A stretch of DNA of 64,000 bases, taken from the NCBI GenBank assembly GCA_951406725.2, contig OX597825.1:41974001-42038000 (forward strand), given 5' to 3'. Positions 1-12,729 of this stretch are shown piece after piece (the first letter of the stretch is position 1; each line of letters starts with the position of its first letter). The notes beneath the pieces are model-generated. The model was not told the origin of the DNA and made no database searches. It saw nothing but the letters and a program-made list of their open reading frames with translations. The translations under genes were made by a program, and so were the position numbers. This stretch comes from Octopus vulgaris (taxonomy: Eukaryota).

Positions 1-289
1 CTGATACTGTAGTACATCTCCAGCGTTAGAAGCTGTGCAAAAGGCAAGAAGAAGAAGAATAGTACTTATAAAAATAAGAATAATAGTAATAACGCAAAAA
101 ATAATTAGGTTATTGAAAAAAATCAACAAATGTCAAAGTAACTGTAATACTGTTTGACCTGTACTGAATTATATTGACAATAATTGATATTGTGAACACC
201 AATATAATTTATAGTAATGGTAATAATGGTTGTGACAGGCATAATAAAATTAATAACACTAAGAATAATGTTAACAATACTGATAGTTC

Positions 290-1330
290 AAATAGTCCCA
301 CTACAACATGCATATTTAGTTATCACACACCAAATAGTCGGTGGAAGTCATGCATTGATGACATAATATGGTTTAATCTACTTTGGTCTAATAATATGAT
401 TATGCAATTATTCAAGGAATTGCTTACTGCTTTATAGAAGAATTTCCCTCTATTTAGTAAATATCACCATATTTTTAATAAATGTAAAATAAGAATTTCT
501 TTCTCATCTTTACCTAATTTAGCAAACATTGTAGCAGATATTAAAAAGAATAATATTAACAGCTTTACTTGTTACAATCTAAATAGTAATAATTTCTAAT
601 AATGACAATCGTAATTACATCCCCAATGATGACAACAATAGCAGTAACAGCAGCGGGGTGATAAGTCGCAATTGTCAGCAACAACTTCTGATAATGACCG
701 CCAGTTGACTGCTTCAAACTCCAACTCTTTTGACAGTTGCACAAGCTATAATAGAGGTGGCACTTATGTGGACAGTAACTATAACAACATGAATTTTGAC
801 TTAGATAAGAGTGAAACCAATTGGTGTAGCATCAGTGGAGGTGATGATTATATAAATAACATAAATTATGATAATTACTGATGACAATATTAACAATCCA
901 TGCAACAGCATCAAGAATTAACCTTGCAATGGCAGTACTATTATAAATATCACCATCTCTGTTGACTCTTATGTAAACCTTGATAATACAAGTGATTCTA
1001 ATAGGACTAACAATAATTATTACTCTGTAAACTGCACATGAACATTTTAATATTCCTACTAGCAACACAGAGAATACTAGTGTTCATAGGTCTCATAAGT
1101 TATGTAACTGTCAAAATAGACTCCTACGTGCACTTAATAATTTATACCTCACTATAATTATTATCTATAGAAGTGACATACAATCTAATCAGACCACATT
1201 TACCAATATCAGTTCAACAGCTTGAGAATTGAAGTAAAGATTTTATAATCCTTCTCATAACTTTCACTCATGGAAAAAATTAGGGAATTAAAAAAGCAAC
1301 AAATATTCTAACCTACCTGGAGCATAATCA
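290..1330 (+). mobile_element. Degenerate Penelope-like element, C-terminal linker plus GIY-YIG endonuclease (probably Nematis-type)
   Basis: Broken frames read IIWFNLLWS...EEFP...KYHHIFNKCKIRISFSSLPNLANI, then an Asn-rich linker, CNCQN and IIYRS. This matches the PLE pattern IIWFNPP...KIFNxxxxKxSYSCMPN...CNC. Many stops. Confidence 0.7.
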
Positions 1331-2759
1331 AACTTGCATTACTCTATTCCAGTAATGTCCTCTATAAATTTAGTTCACTAACAGTGAAATGCTTGCATTA
1401 CATTAGAAACATGTTCTTAGACTTCAAACATCTTATCTGATATACTTTGAATTACTTACTACTTAATCCCTAATCTATTAGCATTTATTTAACCTACACT
1501 TTGTGTCTTAGTTGAGTGTCCACATCTCGCTTAAGTACTAAATAATATTTATAACAATCTGTAATTTATACTTTTGTTTGACTTTGTTGATCACCTACCT
1601 CCAGAACTTAGCATTTCTTGGTTTACCAACTAACAAGTTACGTTGTCTTATTTGCTGCTTACTATCACATTGATTCACATCTTTATGTTCAAAAATTTGT
1701 AAAATACTTGATTCCCTTAGTCCCTTTGTTCTTTATTGCCTTTACTGTTATATTTATGAATATGTGTGTTTACATCTATCTATCTATCTATCTATCTATC
1801 TATATATCTACCTATTTGTCTCTCTCTCTCTCTCTCTCTCATTATATATATATATATAGGTATATATTTTATAATATATTATTATTAATATCAAGAAATC
1901 AATATTAGAAAATTCTTCAGAAAGATATATACGTGTGTAAAATAATTGTTGTATTACAAATATAAATATATATAAAAATATATGTAAATATGTATAAGTA
2001 TAAATATATAATGTATATACAAAAGTTTTGAATTATAGGTATATATATATTAATGTTTGTTTTTATGTTCTATTATAAAAAAAAATTTACATTAATCTGA
2101 TGGGTTACTCTATACTTTTATTGAGTACAAATTTATTATTCTTTAACAAGAATCTTGTTAACAATAACTTTGAAGCTTCAGTCATCTGACTATAATGTAT
2201 TAGAGTTAGTCTTACTTTTATATAGTCTCTGTTGAATTAAAATCTTCTTTGGATGGATGGTTTTGAGTGGAGTGGTAATTAGGTTTTTATGGTTGGTTGT
2301 TATGGAGAGGTGCCTTGAAGAAATTTTAATTGATTAAATTTGGGCTTATGTTATTGTTTATGTATGTAGAACTTTGTAAACAATCCTGTAGATGTTTGTC
2401 TTTTGTTAGATAGGTACAAGGTGTGACAGCATTTTTGTTACTTTTGGTGTTATTGGATTTAAATCTTTTGCATTGACAAGGTAAACATCAAAAGTACAAT
2501 GTCCAGTGTTTGAGCAGTTAGTAATTGGGTGTGACCACTTTTTTTTCTACAAAAGAATGTTGGTAGGTGGTAATTTTAGGCTGGTCATTTCTTTATTTAT
2601 TGTTGTTATTTAAGTTATTTCTTGTTTACATTTGTAAGGTGTGGGTTATTAGTCAGGCATGTCAAATCTTTGTTGGTATATACAATTGTTTTTCTTGTCC
2701 TTTGATGTTCACAAAATATTTGAGTAAAGGTGTGTGTCTATATGTTTCTCGTTAGGTGT

Positions 2760-5180
2760 TCTATAAGCTAGAAATGTTATCAATTGCAAAGCATTGGATG
2801 TGTGGATAATTAAAATATCCATCAAGTTGAACAGAAATGACAAAAATAACATTATTCAAGTTAATGCACCAACTGGTATCAGTGATGATGAAGAGATGGA
2901 GGTATTTTACTGGCAGCTTGACAGTGCCATCCAAGAAAAGCGAACCATACTTTATTGATAGGCGATTTTGATGCAAAGGTGGACATTAGGAATAATAAAA
3001 GTGAAAATGTTACTGGAAATTATGTATCTGGGTTAACAAGTGGAAGTGCAAAAATACTATTTCAATTCACATGTTACAAAAAAGAAATGAGAACAGTATC
3101 TTTTTTATTAAAAGAAGTGCCAGAAAAGGGACAGAATGAGAAAATATTTGATTTCCTACTTTCAAGTGGCCAAAATATAGTTCGGTACATGATGGCTACC
3201 AATGAAGTGAACACTGGAAGTGACCAAAGACTTGTCAAATGCAAAATAAAAATAAACACAACTAAAGAAAGGAACAAAAAACTAAGGAAGTCACAAAGAA
3301 CTTGCATGGAAAACCTCATATCAAAAGTCTCGGAGTTCCAGTTAGCCTTGAAAAATAGATTTGATACACTTTGGAACAAGACAGACAATAGCAAAACCAA
3401 GGAGACAATGAATATTATAACTGAGACAATAAAAACATAGCCAAGGAAACTATATCGAACAGAAAAAAAGGCAAAAGACCAAACATTACCGAGAGGTATT
3501 ATCATTCTCATGAATATCTGAAAAACAATGAAACAAGACTCATTTGCACAAAACATTGACTATACTGAATTATGTAAAACAATAAGGAAAAAACTCAGAG
3601 AAAATAAAAGAAAAAGTAAGTCAAATATGGAGATGATTAAGGAAACAATTGGAAACAACTAAAGTCTTAAAAGAAACTAAGCAAAGGATGGGGCGCAACA
3701 CACTCATTAAGCTAAATGACAAAGATGGAAAACAATTCACAGAGAAAAGAATGCTAGAAAGAATAAGAGAATTCTGTGTTGACTTATATCAATCAAACAA
3801 AGAAGTTTCCCAGACATTTTGGAGGCAAAAGTTAGAAATGTTATAAAAGAAATGAAAAACAATAAAACTGCATGTCTAGATGGAACTGAAATAAACATAA
3901 TAAAAGTGGTTGAACCAAGTACAGAGAAAGAAATAGTTAAACTATATACAAAACGCCTACGTATACATAAGATACTGGATAAGGGAAAAAGTTCTGAACT
4001 GATCCTTCTTTATACAAAAAAAAAAGGGATGCCACAAAGTTCTTAAGAACTACAGACCAATCAGGCTGCTATCACACACCTACAAGATCTTCTCAAATCA
4101 GCAATATTTGAGAGAAAGCTGGATGAGAACACTACAGCAGGACAAGCAGGCTTCAGGAAAATCTACTGTACAATTGATCACATAACTGCTATATACCAAC
4201 TGAGGGAAAAACAGCAAACTTACAGCATACCATTATGCTTAACATTTGTAGATTTTGAAGAAGCTTTTGATTCCATGGAAACTGATGATACATTAAGAGC
4301 GCTGGAGGAGATGGAAAGTGAAGGAGACTACATGAAATTATCAGAGAATGTGTACACCAACTGCAGAAGTACAGCAACTATCATCAGTAAAGTGATTCAT
4401 GTCAAGATTGGTAAGGGAGTCAGACAAGAAGACATCATATCACTCAAATTATGCAAATCTGTATTTGTAAAGGTTTTTAAAAAAATTGTATTGATTAGAT
4501 AAAGGATGCATGCTAAATCATCACAGATTTGTTGACCATATTGTACTCATTTCCAGAAGCATTAAAGATCCAACAGAAAACTAAAAGAAGAAAGCAAGAT
4601 ATGTGGATTCAGAAATGAAGTAATAGATGATAAAATAGTTGAACATGTAAACCAATACAGCTATCTTGAACAAATTATATGCTTAAAGGATCAGACCAAA
4701 GAAATTAAATGACAAATACAATTAGGATAGGCATCCTTTGGTACATTGAATTACATCATGAGCAGTAAATTGCCCATGTGTCTAAAAAGAATGGTTTTCA
4801 AAAAATGTGTGCTGCCTACCATTATGTATGCATCAGAAACATGGACTACCTACAGGAGTATTGAAAATAAATTAAGATCAACCCAAAGGACTATGAAAAG
4901 GAGACTGTTGAAGATTAACAAAATGGGTAAGTGGAGAAATACAGGAAAAGTGGAGCAGCAGTTTAACAGATATTACCTGGAAAATAAAAACTCTGAAATG
5001 ATCTTTTGCAGGATATGTGCTTAGAAGAAAGGACAATAGATAGAATACCAAATTGATAGAGTTTGCACCACACCCAGAAAAAAGGAGGAGAAGAAGACCA
5101 TGCAGAAGTTGAAATGAAGACTTTTTAAAATTCTTCAGCATCCAAATATGAATAAGAAAAATATCAGACGTTGGTTTGTA
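2760..5180 (+). mobile_element. Decayed RTE-clade LINE (APE endonuclease plus reverse transcriptase)
   Basis: Motifs in order: IIQVNAPT, IGDFDAKV, SDQRLV (APE); YRPIRLLS, QAGFR, FVDFEEAFDS, GVRQEDIIS, VLPTIMYASETW (RT and C-terminus). Frameshifted throughout. Confidence 0.9.
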
Positions 5181-6852
5181 TATCAAAATATTGAAATATA
5201 GTGGTAGCTACTGGTTGTTTCCCAGCTGTCAATATCATTACAAGATATGAAGCTAACACATGAGATTCAAAGTGGTCACTTGACCTGATAGAAATAGCAG
5301 TGTCATTTCTCTGAAATTTTATTCCATCACCTAAAAAAAGAAAGAATATATTGAGCAAATCTGTCCCAGATACCTGTAAACAAAAAACAGGATGGTCATG
5401 AATGGAATGCCTTTAATCATTAACCTGTTCAATCAAGGCTAACCCATAGTGAAACAACAACAAGAAGCCAAAATCATTTGCTAGTTGATTAGCTCAGTTG
5501 AATAATAAGTCAAAATTATAGAGTGTTATATGGATTGAAATAAATGAAAATATTCGTCATTTTTCTTGTCAGTTAGTTGTTTAGAATTGTTTCAATGTTA
5601 GGATTTATGACATAAATGACTTTTAGCTATATTTTAATTCAACTCAGTTTAATAGTAATTAATCAGACATAACGCGATTTACAATAATGGACTTCTGATG
5701 TTGTAACCTTAGGGGTAAACAATATTTTAATAAACAAAATGCTGGAATGGTATGGGAAACATTTTGAAGGTGAACTAACAACTAATCAATTATTATAAAT
5801 GCAATTATTATATTATAGGCATATATGCACTTGTTATTCAATTAAACATATATTCTTTATCTTTCAATAGTATTGGTATTAAAGCTGGAAACTATATAAT
5901 TCCTTTTGAGAGATGATACTGAAATAACATTAACAGCTGTTAGGTAAAGGTACTTCTTTACTGTCTACAAGCTTATAAGTACACATTTTATTACAGCCAT
6001 TTATCTATTTGCTCCAGTTTGCCTAATTGGATAAAAAAATAATTCACATTCATGATTGAGTGGTTTGTTGTAGGAATAACATTCGACTTTAAAGTGATGA
6101 TTTCCAAAAGTAAAACAAAAATACAGTAATCAAAAAGCATGCAACCATACAGAAATTTTCAGTGTCCCATATTTACCTTTCATAAATTATGTTAGTAGGG
6201 ATAAATCTGTTATTTTTACATCACTATTTTTACATCACTATTTTTACAAGAAAATAGTCCCTTTTGCTAGCATTGAGTAACATTGAATCATTTAATAATA
6301 TTAATAATCCTATTATATATATGCTAATAATAGATAATAATCTTAAGTATAGACACTATAATGAACAGTTAATTATGTACTGGTACTTCTATGTAACATA
6401 AATTTTTCTTGTTGGACTATTTATTGTTACCACTTTGTTTGAAATTTGAAACCTATTTGTAAAATGAAAAAAGAGAAAAGAAAACGAGAAAGAAAGAACG
6501 AAAAAAAGAAAGAGCATCTACAACACATAATCATGGTCAGAAATCATGTTATTTTAATTAAATTAATTTAATTAAGGTGTGTTTTTTTAATTTCGAACAC
6601 CACTGAAGGTTATTAATTTTACACAAATGTATTAGTTTTCTATTATGGGATATAAATTCTTAAAGACACGAATTTATGTATAACAATGAATAGTTTATAT
6701 AACAAAGAAATATGTTTATATTGAAATGCTTATATAACAGAAGGTTCAATAGAGTGTATAGCAAAACAGCCATTTCAACCTTTAGTAAATTAAGGGCAAT
6801 TCTCACTCATCAAACCTCAAACATTCATATCAACTTAGCCCTGCTAATTGCA

Positions 6853-6875
6853 TATATATATATATATATATATAT

Positions 6876-6922
<47 letters not shown>

Positions 6923-6976
6923 CATACATACATACATACATACATACATACATACATACATACATACATACATACA
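6853..6976. repeat. Compound microsatellite (TA)n(GATA)n(CATA)n
   Basis: Read directly; representative of dozens of such tracts in the window. Confidence 0.95.
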
Positions 6977-7200
6977 TTAGTAGAAGTAGCACAAACAAAT
7001 GATGAGAAGGTAAGCAAACTTTAGTTGAAATATGCAAATATACTTGTGACATATTTTAACTACCAAAGTCAATTTCATTGTAGTTTACTGTGTAGAAAAA
7101 TTCTTGCCTATGGTGAAAGATGTAAATACACCGTAATCAGCTCAATGGAGCACTCTTTTGGACCCCTATACATTTCTAGTTCCTTAGTCTTCCTAAGTAA

Positions 7201-7455
7201 GAGGGATGTGTCCACACTATCACATATGAAGCTTCATCAAGAAAACTTTTAAACCACACATTTCTAAGATAGTGCTATTCTTCATTCTCAGTCTTGCATA
7301 TTTTCCTAAGGCATCTCATATAACAGTTATTCAACTGGTCGATGTGCCTACAATAAGGCGTCCAAGTCTCTGCTCCATATGAAAGAGTTGTTAGGACAAC
7401 TGACTTATATACTTTGATTTTAGTCCTTACTGAGTCAATCATAATGCTTTCCAAA
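7201..7455 (-). repeat. Local duplicate of the RTE-BovB fragment at 10905-11168
   Basis: Near-identical ~255 bp (YKSVVLTTLSYGAETW region) sharing the same inactivating lesions. Confidence 0.9.
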
Positions 7456-7846
7456 GCAAGATAACTCTGAGCTGATAAGAAAACCACAGTTTTATAATAG
7501 AACTGTCAGTACTATGCTTATGACATCTTTTTCTCCACTACAGTGAAATTGCTTTTAGAAGTTAAAGTATGTCTCAAATATATTTGAACTAATCTGAAGT
7601 TTGTTTATTTCTCATCACTGTTTTATACTACTACTAATGTATTTGTCTGAACAGCCAGTTGGTGAACATAAGACAGTCACTGGTATTGACCATTGTATAA
7701 TAAAGCTTTCTGATCAACTCTGTGTAATCTGTTTTTAGTACCTCCTAATGAGGAAGGCTAAGGAACCAGAAATGTATCCGGAGAAGAAGACCATGCAGAA
7801 GTTGAAATGAAGACTATGTGCACACATACATACATATGCATATATA

Positions 7847-8636
7847 CAGGGTGTGATGGGTAAATTGTCGCTATTTTATATTTTTTATTTCACACATGCA
7901 CATAGTTTGCTTTTGATTTTGTCAACTACACAGTATAGTAGGGTAAGTTGGGTACCATCAGTGACAAAAATAGCACCATGTCACAATTCACTTGACCAGA
8001 AATTTGGAAACGACTTGCTGTACTGCTTGGCATTCACTATGGAAGCTTTAGTATGAATATTTCAGAGTGTTTGGGTATCAATCTGAGACATGTACCAAAA
8101 GTGATAGAAATCAAACAACTAGTCAACATCATGGTGTTTGGAGTGACCACTAGTGATGGCAACATTATGCCTCCATTCATCTTCCCACAAGGCCCCAGAC
8201 TTAATACAGAGGCCTACATCAAGTGACTGGAGGAGGTAGTGCCACCCTGGTTTAAGAGGGTAGTTGCTGGAAGACTCGATGTCTGGCAATGGGACTCTGC
8301 ACCATGCCACACAAGCAGGAGAACCCAGTCATGTCTGTCAGAGAATTTCTGCAACAACATCACCCCTAACACCTGGCCACCTAACTTCCCAGACTGCGAT
8401 CCCCTTGATTATTATGTGTGGGGTGCAGTTGAACAAGTGACCACCAAACCTCCCTGTAACACCCAGGATGAACTGAAGGCAAGGATTATGGCAGCATTCA
8501 CCAACATGAATAAATTTACTCTTTAGTATTTTAAGATATTTTTATGTAATTTTGGTAAATATATCTGTTAAAATGAGATGTCAGTATTATTTTCATTTTT
8601 GTGTAATTTGGATGACAGCTTATTCACTGCACCCTG
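7847..8636 (+). mobile_element. Internally deleted Tc1/mariner element, DD37D (maT) family
   Basis: Imperfect TIRs (CAGGGTG... / ...CACCCTG) flanked by TA. Protein WDSAPCH...WPPNFPDCDPLDYYVWG has 37 residues between the last two catalytic Asp. Confidence 0.9.
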
Positions 8637-9088
8637 TATATATACAGGGAACAGTATATATATGTACCGTCCAACTCATGCCAGTATGGAAGGGGGACAG
8701 TAAACAATGATGATGATAATGATGATGATGTACATATATATATTTAAAATTTTGTGCATAGGAGACTGATGCTCCTATTGTATTCTCATTTTTATGTAGC
8801 ATTCATTTGTTCATCCACTGCTGCCTCACTTCAGATTCTCTGTTTTATTTCTCTTCCCATTCATCATTCTCTTTCTTCTGTCATATGCTGACTGTTTGTC
8901 TGTCTGCTCCCTACCTTCTCTCTCTCTCTCTCCCTTTCTCTCTTTCTCTTGATATTTGATTCTCATTTTTATATCCTTCTCTTTTTCTCTCTTAGAACTT
9001 TAGTTTGTTTTCCTCTTAACCTCTGAACAATGTCATAAATATTGCAATGTATTTCTCCCCTTCCCCTGTCCTTTTCTGAACACTTACA

Positions 9089-9143
9089 ACTCCTGATGAC
9101 AATTTGCTAGCATCTTAATTGCAAGAATCTCTATCAGTAGAGT
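9089..9143 (+). ncRNA. Degenerate type I hammerhead ribozyme motif
   Basis: actc-CTGATGA-caatt...aattg-caaGAAtctctatca-GTA-gagt. Stems I and II are intact; GAAA and stem III are eroded. Confidence 0.4.
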
Positions 9144-9559
9144 AAAACAAGAGAGGAAGAAAAAATATAAAATAAAAGAGAAATGGAATATGAAAAGAAG
9201 AAAATTGTAGTTGCTTGGCTGGACACTTATTTTATTCTCTATCTCCCTTCTTTCTTTCTCTTGTAGCTTTCATAATTTCTCCTTTTATTTTGCAACACTA
9301 ACTACCTCTCATACAAGTTTGCCAAATTTCTCTTTAATCTTAGGGAAGCTCCAGACAGTGTTAATATCCTTCTACCACATCAATGTAGCTTTCTTGATTG
9401 TTCCGTTGTCATTAAAAAAAAATTACTTCCTAGTGTAAGTGGAAAGGACTCTTGCTTACAATTGTTTTTATAATTTGTTTCCATCTATGATGCCACTAAA
9501 ATTATGTATCCTGCTCTCAAACACGTGTGTGTTGTGAGGCAGCTCTAACAAATAAAAAG

Positions 9560-10420
9560 TCCCAAGCAAGACTGCAACAAATCTGCCATGAATACAACTT
9601 GCAGAAAAGTTGAGGCTGATACTGAATCTACCATGTCCAAATTTTGTTAGAAACGCTTAACCAATAAATAGCAATAGAAGGCAAATACAATGCATTATTC
9701 TTATGGGAAAGATAATCTACCAGTCTTTGCTAATGCACCAGAGTACATAAAACAGCTTTTTACTGCTGCTACTGAAGAATTCATGCATTTGTTTGAAGAA
9801 CATCAGAAAATATAATTCTGCCTTCAAAGTAACGTCCATTGGAACTAGCATCATCAGAAAAATAGGAAACGCATCAACCGTTGTGGTACAAAGGAAGTCT
9901 CCCACAAGATTGGTTTACTTCAGCCCCCTTCCCTGCAGCTGAAATTTGTTTATGCCAGACACATAATAGGAACACCATCTCACCAGGCACAGGATTTGAA
10001 TAAATTCTTAAACTTCAAGATATGATCCATGCTAAGAACAGTTATGTAAGGAGTATGTCTTTAGTCTGTTACTCATTTGCAGTTTCAAAGTGCAAAGTGC
10101 CATAAACACAACAGGCAATTTGGAGAATTTGCAAAGTGATTTGTTGCACTTGAATGCAAAGCGGTTACTGTCATCATGAATTGAAAACCACAGAGCAAAT
10201 GAGATATCATTCTGCATTATAAAGACATTGCTATCACAACTATAAATGAAACACACAGATCTTGTGAAGCATTGCAATATAATACTTTCAAAAGAAATAC
10301 GGCTGTTTTCATTTTTACTTAATCAAGGATTGAATCTGATATATGTCATCTTCATTAGTTAAAATTATGAACTATACTGTTCATATTAAGCACATATCAG
10401 TGAAATAAACAATCAGCAAC
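9560..10420 (+). mobile_element. Helitron RepHel N-terminal remnant
   Basis: Fragments GKDNLP, NIRKYNSAFKVTSIG, VQ...HKIGLL and DIILHYKD...INETHRSCEALQY resemble conserved Helitron N-terminal blocks. Confidence 0.7.
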
Positions 10421-10433
10421 ACACTCACATTAC

Positions 10434-10476
10434 TTGTGAGTGGATATGGTAGATGGAAACTGAAAGAAGCCCATCG

Positions 10477-10526
<50 letters not shown>

Positions 10527-10740
10527 TGTGTGTGTGTATGTTTGTGTGTCTGTGTTTGTCCCCCCAACATTGCTTGACAACTGATGCTGGTGTGTTTACA
10601 TCCCCATAACTTAGCGGTTTGGCAAAAGAGACTGATAGAATAAGTACTAGGCTTACAAAGAATAAGATCTGAAGTTGATTTGCTCGACTAAAGGCCGTGC
10701 TCCAGTATGGCCACAGTCAAATGACTGAAACAAGTAAAGA
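10434..10740 (+). mobile_element. 5'-truncated tRNA-derived SINE with internal (TA)(TG) microsatellite (octopus-type family A)
   Basis: Same body and 3' end (GCTCCAG...GGCCACAGTCAAATGACTGAAACAAGTAAA) as many other copies in the window. Confidence 0.85.
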
Positions 10741-10759
10741 GGGAGAGTACCCTTTGAGT

Positions 10760-12130
10760 TTAGACATTTTGAAGCTGGGAAAAGCACTCTCTTTTCCAGT
10801 GGGCAATTTCTCCTTAAACCATAGAAGTGGCTGGCCTACATTGCATCGTGAATTTGCCAGCTGACCATAAATGGTTTGTTTTCGTATTCAACCACTATTC
10901 CAGTGAGGGATGTGTCCACACTATCACATATGAAGCTTCATCAAGAAAACCTTTAAACCAAATGGTCCACACATTTCTAAGATAGTACTATTCTTCATTC
11001 TCAGCTTTGCATATTTTCCTAAGGCATCTCATATAACAGTTATTCAACTGGTCGATGTGCCTACAATAAGGCGTCCAAGTCTCTGCTCCATAAGAAAGAG
11101 TTGTTAGGACAACTGACTTATATACTTTGATTTTAGTCCTTACTGAGTCAATCATAATGCTTTCCAAAAGCTGTACTAGCCTTTCTAATATGAGTTTGGA
11201 CCTCCCTATCCAGTTAAGCATCACTTGTTACTGTAGCACCCAAATATGTGAAAGTATCAATAGTTAGTTTTCAGATCTTTGCTTTCAACAAACATGCTGG
11301 GCAAGATTTTTAGAGTGTTACCAGGATGTAACTAATACAACAGCTCAGCCTTTTTTTATGCTGACAGTTAAGCCAAAAGATCTGGCTGTTGCTACAAATC
11401 TCTCAAGAATATGCTGGATGTCCTTGAGTGAATGAGCAACTAGGGCACAATCAACTGCAAACAGAAAGTCTCTCAATGTCTGAGATGCAAATTTAGTCCT
11501 TGCTTTGAAATGCTTTTGGTTGAAGATGACTCCTATTGTCCTATATTTAAAAATAAACTTCCTCTTCTACACCGGAAAAGGCATAATCCCATATTACTAT
11601 AAAAAATAGTGCTATTTTTAGTATACTGGAGACTATACACAACCATGTTTTCTACCATTTTTAGCATCAAAAGGCAAGACCGACTGCCATTTGAGACAAC
11701 AGATGCCTTCATATTTATATGTAGGGACACAATGACAATTAGCATTTGCCTGGGAATCCCAAGCTTTGCAAGTACTTTCCACAAAGTCTACAGATATACA
11801 GAGCTTTGTAAGGTCAACAAACACCATATAGAGGTCTTTATTGTGCTCTCAGGCTTTCTGAATCTGTTGCAAACAAATATCATATCCACTGTCCCTTGAT
11901 CTGACTAAAACTCACACTGACTCACTGGATAGACAGAACCAAATAAGTATGTGTTAATTCAAGGCAAGATGACTCTGGGAAGGATTTTTCTTGCAACAGA
12001 GAGCAGCAGTATGCCAAGAGGATTCTTATATTTACACTTATTACCTTTATACTTATATAGATGTATAATTATTGCATCATTAAATTGTTGAGGCCACATT
12101 TGGATCATAAGCTCTGTTAATTTATCTCTC
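10760..12130 (-). mobile_element. Decayed RTE-BovB-like LINE (RT region)
   Basis: MVFVDLTK, WKVLAKLGIP, GRKHGCV, RDFLFAVDCAL, FTYLG, YKSVVLTTLSYGAETW. Confidence 0.85.
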
Positions 12131-12139
12131 AAAATATGA

Positions 12140-12690
12140 ATTTATTTCACCATTTATTAAGCTGTTGAAAACAATAAGATAGTTTGTTAACTATCTTCAA
12201 AGCAGTTGCCATTTGAATGAGAACAGGCATATAGAAAAAGACAGAGAAAAACACTAATAAAAAAGCACGAGAGAGATAGCCAACCTTACAGCAAACATAA
12301 TCAGTGTCTTACAAGTATCAAAATTACATAAACCAGACTGGAATGGTTTATGATGTGCCTGGTGGTCTAGCTTTAAACTGAGATGTATTTTTTTAATTGT
12401 GGACATGAAGAAAATATCTTGCTCTAGGAATTTATACTGTCATTGGAGATTCTTAAGATTTTTAAAAGATACAATTTTTCAAGAGAATATATCAAACATC
12501 TTATTGGCTTGTTAAGATAAGGTTTGATCTTGGAATGAATTTTCTATTTGATGTTGTAGCTGATATTTTCATTTTTTAAGTTTCCAGATTAATGCCAAGA
12601 AGGCTGTTGCATGTTTCTTTGTATGGGGCCTAAAGGTCAAAAGATGGTTGCTGTATCTGGGTTTAAAATTTTTCTTCCAGTGATCCAGGC
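12140..12690 (-). mobile_element. PLE GIY-YIG endonuclease C-terminal fragment plus 3' flank
   Basis: FKPRYSNH...LIWKL...IKxKI...PY...RCLIxSLEK...INS...SSCP; homologous to 15110-15620. Confidence 0.7.
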
Positions 12691-12729
12691 ATTGCTATAT
12701 ATATATATATATATATACATACGTACATA

